NCBI GenBank assembly: GCA_964199315.1
Contig: OZ116702.1
Coordinates: 31,806,001 to 31,870,000, forward strand
DNA from: Orbicella franksi
Taxonomy: Eukaryota
Reading direction: 5' to 3'
Length of the DNA stretch: 64,000 bases
Position 1 is the stretch's first letter, and each line of letters begins with the position of its first letter. Positions 40,301-55,300 of the stretch are shown here, one piece after another. The translations under genes and the position numbers were made by a program. Below the pieces are notes generated by a model. It did no database searches and was not told the DNA's origin. It saw nothing but the letters and a program-made list of their open reading frames with translations.

Positions 40301-43300
40301 GTCACGGTATTTTGAGTTATTTTGACCACGTACAAAATTACCTTGAAATTGAAGGAAACCTGAAAATATTAATTAACTAACACACCAAAGAGATAATGAT
40401 AAACCATAGCGGAACAAGGATGGTTGAGGATGGAGAAGATCGATGCTTAATAATAATACTTTATTCAAATACAGAATACAAAGAGTATTTGAAAAGGAGG
40501 ACCATGAGGTTATCCCTATTTAGGTCCTCTAACTAAAATTACAAACGACGAATTACGGATACGGATTACAAACGACGAACTTGAAAAATTTAGGCTAAAC
40601 ATTTCAAGATGCGTAAACCGTGACGTAGCTCCCTTAATAAAACTGAAGGGCCAAGAAAATGCGTCTGCGATTGCTGGTTCTTGACAGGCCTGGCAGTTTG
40701 GAGAATCAAGAACAATTTGATGTTTTACTCACCAGACTTTTCGCCTATCCGTAGAGTCGACAACTCTTCCTTTGACACAGAGGATCATCAACATCAAGAC
40801 GAGGCTGACCTGAAATAAAGCAGAGAGCAGCCGCAATAGACTTATCTATGAACCAGGGGTGTTGGGTGTGGTATTCAGAACGACTTCAGCTCGGTTCTTC
40901 AGCTGTTGTTTACTAAAGCCAGTTTTTTATATGCCAGAATCACTTTATAGAACGTCATTCAGCGTGACAGAAATGCTTACAACATCGTGACTCGGGACGG
41001 ACCGTTATTCTTTTGAGGAAGGGGGTTATGCAATTTCCAAAAAATTCCTGCACAGCAAAAATTGCTAAGAAAAATCGCGCAAAATGCCCTAGCCCCCCCC
41101 CCCCGTCTTCAGAAAAATAACGGTCCGTCACTTAGCTTGATGGAGTTGCCTAAAGCAGCAAGCACTAGCTTTATACAATCGTCTAAAAAGAGTGTGACGT
41201 TGCTGCATATTCAAACAGCTAACGATGACAATGTAAATGATCTAAAAATAACTTACCAGAATAAATCCACCAGCAGGACCAACATAGGCCCACATTAACA
41301 CGGTCGAGTAATCAAGCCAGCACCTGGGAACAAAACGAGTACAGGAGTAAGAACACGAGCCCTGATTGGCTCAAAACTTACTTGACCAAGAGCGGATGAA
41401 GAGTAAAAGAGTTTTTCCCCCATATCCCATATAGGTCTCATTCCCAAGGTAATCCCTCTCAAGTTATTTTTAGAGATGATATCCAATTCTCCCCATGAGC
41501 GTTGCGTGGATTTTTCCTTTGAGGATGAAAATGAGTGCAAAGTCGCTTGGGCTGTCCACCTGAGTAAAATTCGCGCTACAGAGTCGGCTATTCTGACGGA
41601 GGAATACTTATACATAAGCAGCTTTTGTTAAATGTGCATAATTTTCTATCTCCTCTTATATAAATAAGTTCACGGAAAGACGTTCTTATTTGATCACAAA
41701 GACAGCACAAGTTACAAATGTCGTTTTAGGGTTTCAATTAAATATTACGGTGATCTCGTGGGGGAAAGTACAATGAAAAATTAAAGAACGAACCATTCAT
41801 CACTTCCGAAGCCACGCAGTTGAGTTACGCCGAGAGAGATTCCAACTGTAATCAGCGGGAAAACTGTGAAAAACAAACAAATACAATTTCTGATTACGTG
41901 ATGGTACTCCAGCGTTTCGCAACAGAGGTTTACTTTATTAAAAATGTTTGGATATTTTGACGAAACAGTAAGCACTCGTCTCTAAGTCAGAACTACTGTG
42001 CCGAGTAAAAAAGGGGAGGGATCACTTTGTTAAGGATCCAATGTGTAACTGCAACCCCGAGGGGACTCCGATATGAAAACGTCGGGGACACTCGTCAGAA
42101 AATTTAAATTAAAACCCCAAAGGAGACCAATATGGGCGTGGTACAAGCTTTATTTGACCCCAGCTATCAGCCACAGTGATATCTAGTCATCATGAAAAAT
42201 ACTTTTTCAACTTACTCCATCCAATGATGAAGAAATACTTTAGTCGTGTGGCTTTCTTGTTTTTCCCTGTTGCAAGAGTCATGAAGAGCTGAAGTCCCTC
42301 GCACAATGCCCAGCAGAACATCGCGATGAAGAAATACTGAAGCAATGCGGCAACAATAATACACACCACCTGCGATAGCACACGAGACTATTTAATAAGC
42401 ACCAGGGCCGTACTAGGAGAATATCGGCCCGAGGTCTTGACAGTAAAAAGGGCTAGGGCTATATCTTCACAGTAAGGTCCCAAGCTAGATTGGTTAATAG
42501 GAGATTTATTACACGACCGAAACTGTTAAGAAAAAATGCTACGATCACGGACTGGAAAAATATCTCAAACTGGAGGCCTACTGGGCGTCTGTTCAAGTAT
42601 GATGCTAACAAAACAGAAGGGAAAGAGAGTTGGAAGGAAAAAAGAATCTTTTATGTGAAAGCAAGTTCTTTCAGAAACCTAAACCATACAACTACAGAAA
42701 ATCTTCGAGATTGATCGAGCGGGATCATTTGGGACAGTGCTCAGTCTAATACTTAGAGAATATTAGAGCAATCTGATTGGTTGTGATTTTAGTTATTGGC
42801 TTTCTGAACTAACTTAGTCGAGTAAGAAATACTTTTATTTACTATGCTCGTTGTCCGCTGTTCCTGTGGCTATTCCTAGCCAGCTCGTAGTCCATGAAAT
42901 CAGTCACGTTAGTGGTTAAAAGTTTGTGGTAGATAGGAAAATGCATTTCTTCTCTTTCGTTATTTCTCTCACCCGAATTTTCGTTAGTTTGAGCCCGCCA
43001 ATGAAGAGAGCTATACCAGCAGCTATGGCCAAACAGAGGTTAATGTGTAAAATGGAACGCTCTGCACGGAGCTTGCTGTTAAAACACAAAGGAACAAAAA
43101 ATTAAGAAGGGTCAACATCAACGCTAGTTAGCGTCACGCCCCTAGTGTTTACACTAGGAAACAATTATTGGAAACATGCCTCATTCTAACAGAGCAGATT
43201 TCTCCATTAACACACAACCCGTAATCAACAAGTCTTGCAGCAGTGCCCTTACACCACGCCATCAAGTTATATTTTTCTCATCAGGGAGTTTAAGAAAACC

Positions 43301-46300
43301 ACGATGGCAACGGCAACGAGAACTGAACGTCGCTAAACAAAAGGTTTAATGAGGAGAACAATGGCTGTGCACGTGCGTTATAATTTTTGGCACATTTCTT
43401 TGCCGTCTTCTACAAAACAACAACATGAAAAGACTAACTTCTGCTTTGTTTAGGGAACGTGAATCACGAGGGTTAATTTTTTAAATTTATATTTCAAATT
43501 TATCGCTGTGTTCCAGATTCAGTTTCGTGATGGTTTTGACAGTAATTAACAAAGTAAACGACTTTAGAGAGTCGCCAGATTCGTGGGTAAAATATAAAGT
43601 TATTTTTTAATCGACGTTGTTCTCGTCGTGGTTATTTAATCTGTCTATCAACTGCAATAACGCTGCAACATTATGTACTAAAAACATAGCACTTACCAGT
43701 AGATGTATAAGTGTCTTATCAGCGCTATCAGCGCGGCAAAGAGTAGCAGACCACAGCCAATGTAAATAATGAGGGAAAAAACGAGTTCCTAAAAATAAAA
43801 AGAGACAAAAAAGCAAGGCGAGAGTTAATCACAGGAAACAGTCATGGAATTACATTCGAGTCTGTCTATTGACAGTAACGGTTGCTAAGTTATTGGGTCA
43901 AGTCGCGATGTAAGGAGGCAGCACTTGCCTCTGGCATACATTTCTTTGTATAAATTTGCAAGTTTGGGGTCCCGTATTTTTACGAGTTTTCAACCGATTT
44001 TTACGAAACTTCTCATATTTACTAAATTTGGCAGGACAAATTGATCTATGGAGGTAGTTCTTTTATTTACATGAAAAATACAAGAAATTATTGATATTGC
44101 GTGAGATCGGTAAAAAGGTCCATTACTTTCCAGACTTAAGTGAAAAAGGCTCTAAACAATAACCTTCTCGATGCATTGTTATTGTCCCGTGTATCTAAAA
44201 CAAGTCAAGTTTACCTTGTCATAAACAGACAACGTGGCAAAGCTGGTCAGATGGTCACACTCACACACTGTTCCGTTACTTCCGCTAGATACCACTCGAC
44301 AGCCCTCCGCTGACCAGCTACCACCCAGATCCTTAGACCTGAAAGAATTCCAGTACGTTTATGGTTACAACATGCTTTAATCCAAAAGTTGAGTAATAAT
44401 GGCTAAAGAGTAACATCAACAACAAAACTGTAAATACGACTGGTCATGACTACTTTTACACAAGATTCCGATATCATTAACGGTATTCGTCTATTGACTA
44501 CAGTAGCAACCCGGGGACTGATATTTAATTGATAGAAATGATTGTCAACAAGTTTGTTTTGCGGTTGATTCACTTGGCAGAAGAAATATCCAGGTTAAAA
44601 CTATGTTTTTTCATTTACTTCTTTATTTTAATCATACACTTGTGATTCCGGCTTCAACAACTTTACCAAGAGTTAAATGAAAGTCTTGAAATAATTATGG
44701 AATATATATATGACGAACTTACTTTTCAAAGTCCCAATAAACGCATTTCTCGACCGCCTCCACGTCTGCTGGCTAAAAGATTAAAAATATCGTCGTGCAC
44801 AGAGAATTGTCAGTTTCAATTTCCAATTTTCCGTGACATGTTTTGTCCAATCAAAGATAACATGTTTTTCATGATTACACGATACTTAAAGGGCTATGAA
44901 AAACAATAAGTGAAGCGCTATTGTCTGTTGTCTGGCTAAGTGCTGCAAAATTCACATCTAAAAGTGGAACGGAGAGTACCTTTTCATTCATTGTAATGAT
45001 GGTGACAGGTGGGTCCAGCTTGTCATCGGACGGAGCAGGAGACAGGGAACTGGACACGATTGGAGAACTGACATCGAACCTACAAAAACAGTAATACGAT
45101 GTAAAATATACTGTGTTGTTTCGCAACCGTGTCATGACATGGTGGAATTGTAAAAAGGGTCGACACCAGCAGACTTACTTCTTCATTCCTTCTCCTCTCT
45201 TTGGCATCAGCTCGCCCAAGTCTCTGAATAAGAAGCTTGTCACTTTGACGAGAGTGCCATCTACAATAACACAAAACAGACGCGTTAATAGCTTGAAAGC
45301 GAAACGAAAAATACGTCAAGAAAACATAATTCCCGGATTACTTTCTGTTTTTTAGAGAGTTTTGTTTAGACCCAAAAACAGTCCTTACTTCTAAGGATTA
45401 AAGTTTACTTAAAAGGTGTATTTTCATTGGTAACAGAAACCAATTAGCAAGTCGACCTTAGTACACGGACCAAATATTACAATGTAAAGAGTAGGTCTTT
45501 CGCGTGGCCAATGGTTTCGCAGTTTAGACCCGGAAGACCATCGACACCATCGTGGCAAGCCCAAGTGGTAAACGGAACAGTCAATTTTCAGGGCTGCCAC
45601 CATTTATATTTGAAAGTAATCAAAGCAGAGAACTCCTTACCTTTGTATTTTTCAAATAGTTCTTGAGGCAAGCGAACCTGTGCGGAACCATCGTTTCCTT
45701 CTTTTGTGTTTTCAGGATACTCCACATCGCTTGAAAAACTCCTCGCCTCTTTTACCATCACTTTCATTTCTAAAACCGACAAGACGATAGAAATAAATTA
45801 AACAATCAGCACAACCTCTTAACTGCAAAAGAAGGACCCAACTTAATCAGAATTTTATAATTCTGTTTTACGAAAACTCGTTTTACAATACTAGCAAGTT
45901 TAGTGACCGAAAAAATCCCTGTCTTTTCTACTTATCAAGGCCTTTTGACCTTAGCGACCACAACAAACTGAGTGCTTATCATCAACCTTGACCTTCTTTC
46001 ACGTTTGTTTGTTGCAGATTTCAGCTATTCGGTATAACTGACAATTACAAGTTATTTGCAGACAAAAGAGGTCTCTCTTTACACTTCTTTCTTAGCAACG
46101 GGCGAACAAGCCTTTGAGTTGAGTCTCGAACTCACCAATACTGTCTATTTTAACTTCAACAGTAGCATTGCTACCGTTTACAGAGCCTTGCTTTTCTAAA
46201 TCAGTGGCCAGCTCCATGGCGAACTTGTCCAATAAAGTCATTACCTCAGTAACACCCTTGGAGTCCTACAGAATAAATTAAAAATGCAGTTTATACACAG

Positions 46301-49300
46301 TTTAAGTTTTTGGTATATTCATAGAGTAAAGTTGTATATGGATAGGATCGTCGCTATATCATTTGATGAGACGTATGGAAAGCACAGTAGTAAATGTATA
46401 ATGGTGAATTCGTTGGGTTTAAGCTTAGCCGAGGTAATTGCTGATGGGAGGGGTCCCTTAGCAGATTCCTAGGTAAAGTAGAGCCAGTGACAACCGAATC
46501 CTGACCTTGACAAAGAAAAAAAAACCTGTTTATTTCAGTACCATGTCTTAGATGTCCTCACAAGCTAAATCAAAGAAAACTCTTAGTAAATTTTTGAGAG
46601 TCTTGTAGAACAACTTAGCAAGTGGGATATTTGTTTCTAAATGATCTCAATGAATGACATATTTGTTGGGACAGATCAGCACCCTCTTTATGTTTTTGTT
46701 GCGGGCGGAGGGAAAGGGTAAAGGGAAAGAAAATACTCCAGGAATATGTACTGCGTCAACTGCAGGGTCGTATTGTAGGCATGTAATGCGTGTAAATGCC
46801 TACTTTGCGAGACGGGGAGACTAGATTAAAATTCTTGCTAAGCAAGTATACACGAGAGTGCACCTCTTGCAGTTCATCCCACTGGGCTTTGTTCTTCTTA
46901 TCCAAAATGTTACTTGAAATTTGCAAAGTTTGCTGTAAAAATGAAAGCGAGATAAAATTAATGACATCAAAAACATGTCTGGGAAGACATCCGGAAATTT
47001 TAGTTCGATTGAACTTCAAAGTAATGATAAGCAAAGTGCACACAAGGAATCAGCAGCTTGGAATGTCGGTTGTTGTGGAGGAAGAACGTTCTGTAACAAC
47101 CTGTACTGTAGCAATTGTAACAACTCACAAGTAACACAGGTCAAAGATTCTAGCATGAAGTGCATTGACGCAAATCAACCAACTACGTTTGTAAGAGTTA
47201 AAACCCATATAATACACTCAATTACGAGGAAATTCAGCTTTTAATCTCTGCCCACCTCCTCAGGGACGAATGAAAATCAAATTTGAATAAAGCAACGAAA
47301 ACCAATCTTCCTTGCCAGTTCAAAGGTATATCACAAAGAATAAAAAGGCAGATTGAATTCTAAGCAACGTAGGATACAGAACGAAACAGAACAAAAGCGC
47401 TTCTTTTACCTTAGCAGCTGACATTCTTTGTTTGGCATTCATATTTGACACAGCAGTATTCATTGCTTTCATGACCATGACCAGATCACCCGGAAGCAAC
47501 TGTTTAGAGTCCGGGGCCTGGGTAGAGGAGTTTAATACCACGTCCAAGAGTTCTTCAGAGGTAATTTTGTTCTCTTCAAATTGCTTGAGCTGTTCACCAA
47601 AAAGAAAATTACTTTTTGCACGAAGTTTAATTTTGTAAGAAAAAGACGACTATATTGACTATGTTCTACTTAGAAACCTTTAAAAACATGACTAAAATAA
47701 TAATTATGAACTTAATCTTACTTTATCGTCGAGGGCGTTCAACGTGTCTGAATACTTCCATGTTTTGCCATCAGATCCAGTCACGACACGTTTTTTCTCC
47801 TCTGAAAATTAAGCAAGTTCATATTCCGTCATTGCTCAACATTTTAATTCTAAGAGGAATGAGTTGTGCTGGGGGTTGGAGGCAAAGTGTTGAATAAAAG
47901 TGATAAGAACAAGAGGGACAAATTTTCAGACAAGAATATATCCGAAGCAATCATCTTCCTCACTTGTGAGAATGACTGAGAATTGCTACCTAGACATCTT
48001 GGTATGAGAATAAATTGCAGCCATGCCCAGAAAAGAAGCCTCTGGTGCTTTTTTGGAGTTCATGTCAAACTTTGGGACGAAATCATTTAAATGAAAAACT
48101 AATTTTCAGTATGGTCGAACTTATGAAATATCTTGGACCGAAACTACTGATAAACACAAACAAGATAACACGATACCCCCGATCTGTACCTTTACATTCC
48201 GTTATGCCATCTCCTTCAAATCCTTGTTTACATCTACATGTAAATGAGCCCTCGGTATTGATGCAGTCAGCAGTGTTGTGGCAGGGAGATCCCTCGCACT
48301 CATTGTTGTCTGATGAAAAGTATTTTTTCGTTAAACAAACATTGTATTACACCTAATTAAACACCTGCATTTTCCAAATCTGGACTAATTGTAAGTATTA
48401 CAATTAATATGCAAATGGAGACTGAATACATATGTAATAACAGTTAGTAAAAAGTTAATCAAAGGCTTGAAAAGTGTTTTTGTTTTTTTCCAAGAGGACA
48501 CGGTAACCTGCAGCTGTAATCTGATTGGTTCATAGCGCGGTCCGGATTTTCCTATCAAGGTCAAGGTAACGCACGCACGATGTGTGTGTGAAAAAAGTTC
48601 ATCAACTATAAAAGTGGTTTGAGAGTGAGAAGAAAACGTAAATAAGTTTTTTACCGGGTATGATCGGTCCGTATAGTGAAAACTGTGACCTCGGGCTCGG
48701 GCTGTGACCTCGGTCACAGTTATTCATTATACGGACCTCCTAATCGGCAAATAACATATTTACTTACCTTGACATGTTGGACTTGGGGTAGTCCACTGAG
48801 TATCTTTGCCACACGTGACACTTGAAACACCTGAATCTGCAAGGTTGTACCCAGTAGCACAGTTTAGCCATACAGTCTCGCCAATGCGGTAACTTGGTTT
48901 TTCCGGTGTCCATTTTTCATTCCCTCGCCGCGTTGGTGGCAAACAAACGGCTATAACAACGCATCAAAGCAAAGATAAGTCTTACATTAGTAGAAAGGAT
49001 TAGAAAGGCCACAGTTTGTGTACTTTGTCTCCTAAAACCAAATAATTTATCTCCAATTCAAATCGAATTTAACCTTGTCTAGGGACTTCAGCAAGAGCGC
49101 AGGATTTCGACACATTTTAATGCAGAGAAAATGATTCTCTTTTCCGAATATTTTCCATGAAGCTTTTTCAGGTTTCTGCGACAAGTTTTCATTATCCATG
49201 GCCATTTGTACAAATGGGTGTAGATAGGGACTGTAAGAGCTGTTTGTCTTGTCAAAAGAATCAAACTTGCGAGTCCTGTTGATCTTAAATCTTGAAGCTT

Positions 49301-52300
49301 ATTTTTTTAATGATTTTCCCCAATATTACAAACTAAGATCATAACAGCAATGAGTTAGATAAAGAAATAAACAAATTACAATATTTAGAAGGGAAGCCCC
49401 ATCAGCTTTAGATTGTTTTCATATGGGTCCTCTATCCTGGTCGAATTGGAATTTGGAGAGGTTGGTTTTTGTGGAGGGAGGAGAACCGGAGAACCCGGAG
49501 AAAAATCCTCTGAGCAAGGCAAGAACCAACAGCAAACTCAACGTACATATGGCACCGGGTCAGAATCGAACCTGTGCCGCATTGATGGGAGGGGAACGCT
49601 CTCAACACTTCACCATCCCTGCTCCCTATAAAGATAAATTAAATACTACCGATGCATGTGAATCCGTCCCCAGCATATCCTCGGATGCACTCGCATCTGT
49701 ACGAGCCTACAGTGTTCACACAGGTCGCTTTCTCGTGACAGCTTCGAAGGTTGGTGTCATTTTGTGGACTTGGAAGTGATGCAAGGATTGCGCATTCATC
49801 GAGATCTGGCCAGAAAAGAAACTCAACTTCGTCAATTATAAACACAAAATAACTGAAAGGTGACATTGCAGCTAGCTATGACAAAGGTTACTGTAGACAG
49901 TCACAGGTATAAGTAAGATAATGGCTGTAGCAATAATGGGAATCTGAGGGGAGTCCAATGACTTATCAGTGCTGGCACACACTGCTTTCTGCAGCAGTGG
50001 GAATATTGCTACTCTCTTTGAATGGGGTGCTGCCCACATTTTATCAGGTTGTACTTGGCTGACAATCTGCTAGTATCCATTTATACTTCTAGGCAGAGAG
50101 ACACTGATTTCAAGAACAACTTGTAGCCAAAGAAAACAATCCCGGCCATGGCTTAGCTGAACATCTTAAGCTATAACAACACAGCAACTGCACTGGGCCG
50201 CTACCCTTCACATAAGCCGGCCCCTTCATAGGTGTTTCCCAGTGTGACCAAATACATACTAGTTACACAATGCGTTCGAGTGGAATACCATAGAATATTC
50301 CACGAGTTACTTGTATTTTTTCGGTATACACACAGCCTTTAGGCATAACTATTTTATACCATGCCATAGAAAATACAGTGGCCAACACAGTCAATGGGAG
50401 ATACGCGCGGCGCACGATGGGAAGGTTGAGTGTAACACCTTCGAATACGCAACAGCTTTCTTGCATTCTGATTGGCTGTATTTTCTATGGCATGGTTTAA
50501 AACATGTTTCATACCAGTACACTGGGGAAAGCTCTTGTCCCAGTTTCCATCATCGTGACAAGATAGATTTCCATCTTGTTTTGTTCTAAACCCTAATTTA
50601 CAGCTGACAGTAACTTTTTCTCCAGCTGCAAAGAACCTGCGATTTGGGCGGTGGACTGCATGTCGCTGAGGATCAATTCTACAGGCAGCTGAAATGCGAA
50701 TAGAAGACAACTCAATTTTGTAATATGTGTATAAGACAAAGAGGCTTTGAATCAAATTCAAAATAAACCAATTTACTTACAGCTATGTCACTCACTTAAA
50801 GGAGCTACGTCACGACTTACGCATCTTGAGAAGTTTAGCCGATTTTTTTCAAGTTCATCGTTTGCAATCCGTGTCAGTCGTCTCCATCCTTAATCATCCT
50901 TGTTCCCTAATGGTTTATTATTATCTCTTTGGTGTTTTTCTATCTTAGTAAACTCTTATTTTCACGTTTCTTCAATTCAAAGGTGATTTTGTACGTGATC
51001 AAAATAACTCAAAATACCGTGACTGAGCTCAATTAAGTATAGCAAATGAACTTACTGTAAACACTTATAGTAATTTCAGTTGTGATGGTCTTCAGGCTAC
51101 TGGTTGCTGAACACGTATATCGTCCTTCATCAGATTTTTTAATGTTCCTAAGTAATAAGCTGCCATTCTTTAGCTGCTCTGCTGGCGGCTGGGTCAAACC
51201 AATCTTGGTCCAGCTGATGGTTGGCATGGGGTCCCCATCTGCTTGACAGTTATACACAGGAGAGCTGCCAGATGGCTCGGCAGCACCACGAGGACGGATT
51301 GTAAAGCTTGGTGGAACTAAATAACATGTGATTTACGTCAATAATGGTAGAAACAATAATCAGTTAGCATTACAGGCATGTAATGCGTGCACAGCAAGCA
51401 ATATGTCGCTTTAGCCCTTTGTATTCATTCCATGTGTAACATTAGGCCAATCAACAACTTGAATCAATCATTGAAAACAAGTTCACATTTTGACTTATCT
51501 GAGGAACAAATTGCGCTTACCCAAAACTCGCAGAAAAGCTGAAACATTGTTAGATCCGATGGGGTTTTCAGCCTTGCAGTGGTAGAATGCCTCGTCCTTT
51601 TTCTGTAGCCTGCGTATTTCCAAAGAACCATTGGGGAAAATGTTGAATCGCTTGTCCAGCTTTAATATGGAGATCAAAGAAGAAGATCCTTTCACACGCT
51701 GGAACCAAAAATACTTAATTCCAAAATCACTTGTGGCTTTGCAGTCAAACATGATTGTTTTGTTCACTGAAGTTGTCAAGTCGCTTGGAATTTTGACGAG
51801 ACGAGGTGGCTCTGCAAAAAAACAAAAATCTCGTGATGAAAATTAAATGCCTGTCTGGGCATTCTTGATCAATTTCAGTTAGGCTAAGTGGCCCACGCCA
51901 GCAGAATTTGTCCATGTGTTTGCAGCATCAGCTAAGAATATTGCTACTTCCATGGATGGTATGTTAGTACAGCTCAAGTTGTCCACTCTCTCGCCCTCCC
52001 CCAGGCTAACAGCTTGCTTATGTCCCAGTACTCAAACTGTCAGGTACTTCCTCAACCTTTTAGTGGCACCTTCATTTGTGGGTTTCAAAGGCTGTGGGGT
52101 TTTTAAGCAAAGTCTTCATTATGATGCACTTTGACTTCTACACAACCACTATCAAGTGCTACATTGAGTATTCTCACCTCCCACTTTAACGTCGACATCT
52201 TCAAAGTCATACCCCCCAGAATTGACCGCCGTACAATAGTAACTATCCTCATAACTTTTCTTTGCCTTCCTCACATACAATGATCCATTTGAAAATGGCA

Positions 52301-55300
52301 CAAATTCGAGGCTGGGAAGTTTCTCTCCATCAGGCCATGGTCGCATTTTACTCCAGAATAACTTTGCGCGGGGATCAGAAACAACTTTGAAGTGAACCCA
52401 GCCAGGTTTATTGAGTGTTAGGTACTGAGGGCTAGTTTTCTTTAACTTAGGTTCAATTGGTTGGAGACCTGCGTGAAAGAAAAAAGTATAAAAAAACATA
52501 ATTAAGTCTTTTCCGCTCAATGTGAGAGTTACAAGATGCTATGTGAAAATATTTAGAACTAATCGTCATCGATATTTTTGTTATTGACTTTGCGTGCGAT
52601 AAAGGAAATAGCAAGCCCCCCCGAAAGGACTCCCACATAGAAAGGACGGGAGAGCTCGTCGTACCTGTTAGGGGTTGAAAAAGCAGTTTTGGTACCTCTA
52701 AGGGTGTTCAGTCTCAAAATAAAGGTCCCACAGCACGAGCTTTCATTGTACTTTTTAGGGTATTGAGCCAAAAAAAGGCAGTGTCAGTTAATGTGCTGCC
52801 TTAGTAATTCTTGAGGGTGAGAACAATTTATTCAAACTTAACATTAACATATACCACCATTTGCCGGAACCAAACCACTATTTTAATTACCTGATTGTGT
52901 GAGCTCAAACAGATACGTGCTACTGCAGCTAGTCAAAATCAACTTGTTCGCAGCGTCCAAGTTGACACATAAGCCACTGGCTGTATGAGTAAGAACTATA
53001 GCCCCAGAAGGATTTTCACGCCTTGTAAATGTATCGCATGGTCCGTCTCTGAGGGCAAGTTGATCTTTTGCATTCTTGAACACGCACTTGCCGCTACAGC
53101 TGTGGACCAGGCTTCCATCACCACGAAACGTCATCATCACTCCCTCCCCCTGACAGTAGGATTGTAAAGAAAACAGCGTTCCATCTCCAGGCTCGCATGG
53201 ATTTGAGAAGGTCACTGGCGTCCAACAGTTTTTCGTCATACTGCTTTGGATCGCAACAGAGACTATATCTGTCAAGAAACGGAGTAGAATTTTATTAAGT
53301 ATTTTCAACATTTCAACGACAGCACAAAACAGCCCCAAGTCTCTATTATGCCCCTTACCTGCTAAATAAGCACCCACCATATTTTTCTGATAAGTATGTG
53401 GTGGTCAACTAGAACAGAGGCCCTGGGTGTTCAAAAGATTAGTAATGCAATCTGCGAGATTAATTACTATCCAGTAGATGGCGTAGGTTTTGTTTGTTCA
53501 GAATTGTCTACCAGAAAGCGATTCACCTAGTGAATTACATTATCCACCCTTTGAACAATTCTTTGGGGCTAAGGCTCAAGCAAGAGCGCAATCATTTAGT
53601 TGTACTCTTGCTCGATCAAGATACCTTCCTCCAATCAGAAGTCAGCAGACAGGAAAAACTGTGCTGTCCTAACGTCAAATGCATGTAAGCAGGAGGGGGA
53701 TTGAACTCGGGTAAGTATTCTCGCTTGAGAAGGCATTAAGTATTCACGAAAATGGATTTACAATTCTAAAGACCATATCAGATTGTAAAAAGTAAAAAAT
53801 AAATGACACATTTTGTATCTCCAAGCCTTTAGTTTGGGGGAAAAAATGGGTCGCCCGCGTTCGACCGTCGATCGCTGTCGCCAGGTAGGATGATAGTTGT
53901 GTCATTTTGAACAAAATATGCTGTTCCTCTTCAAAGCAAACCTAGAATTTTGAGTTAAGCATTATACGAGGCCAAAGCAACTTCAGTATTGTCATTATTC
54001 TTTGTTAGCTGTGAAGAAAAAGACTACTATATCATATTGCTTCGGTAGGGACAGCTCGGTTTTGACTGCCGCTCGTACTGCAGACGTAACCATCGTATAC
54101 AAAGTCCAGAATTTAGTTCTTGCAACGATGAGTAGTCTGGCTTCTCCAAAGATGGATCCCTGCCTCCTGTTTCTGTACCGGCGTCTCAACAACATTATTA
54201 CTTACACATGAACCCCAGACTCTTCCATCAGTCTCAGTTACCTGTATCACATCCGTACAGCTCAGCACGCAAACAGATTGTGTTTGTTGGACTGCTATAC
54301 AAATCAGGTCTAATTCTTACGAACCGCGCTCGGAATCGCTGATTAAACCAGTTTTTCACGACATTGTGCTGGTCCACATTGCCATCAAATTTCTAAAGAC
54401 AACAAAGAAAGAGTGGCATTGTAAGGATTTCATTGGTACTCTCCTTTACTGTAATACGCAAACAAATAAGTGCAGAAAAAGTACCGTCCATTTATAGGTT
54501 TTTGGGGTGGCATGTGCAACGACGTTCAAGAAGGGGGAAAAAGGTTGGGTCTTTTTCCTTAATGCAGCTCAGTCACGGTATTTTGAGTTACTTTGGACAC
54601 GTGCGAAACACCTTTGAATTGAAGGAAACCTGAAAATATTAGTTTACTAAGATAGAAAAACGCCAGAGAGACATTAATAAACCACAACGGAGCAAGTATG
54701 CCTTAGGATGGAGAAGATTAATAATGGTAATAGGACTGAGTGGAGTCCAATTCAGTCTGTAATCACACGAGTGGTTAACAAAATCGGACGACCTCGAAGT
54801 GGGAGTCCGATTTGTTAATCACGAGTGTGATTTCAGACTGAATTGGACGACACGATGTCCTGTTACCAATTAATCATAACAATTACAATTTCCCACAAAA
54901 GCAAAAATTCATTTCAAAAAGAGCATTTAATAGTCATTTTTAAATATCATAATTAAAAATATGGAGAATAGCTTGCAAAATGGCTGTTAAGTTTCTTTCA
55001 AAACAGTCACCAGAGACTAAACCTCCACAATTTTACAAAGTCAGTCTCTTGAAGTGGTTACCATAGTGATTGTAATCAATGTTGTGCTTGGTGGATTTAG
55101 TGGAGAGGACTTAAAATGATTGGCCCATGTAACTGTCCGATTACAGGTGTCCGATTACAGCCAACTGTCCGATTACACTGTCGATTACAGCTTTGCAGAT
55201 TAATTAGAGCAAAATACAGCAGTTTATGCACCAATCACATTTGAGGAAATTGTAATTGTTATGATTAACACGGATTGCAAACGACAATCTTGAAAAATTT

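Noticed and set aside
47722-48309. Hormone-receptor (HormR) domain before GAIN
   Set aside because: The 48190-48309 exon is a cbEGF, and the following 80-nt exon lacks the HormR Cys/Trp pattern.
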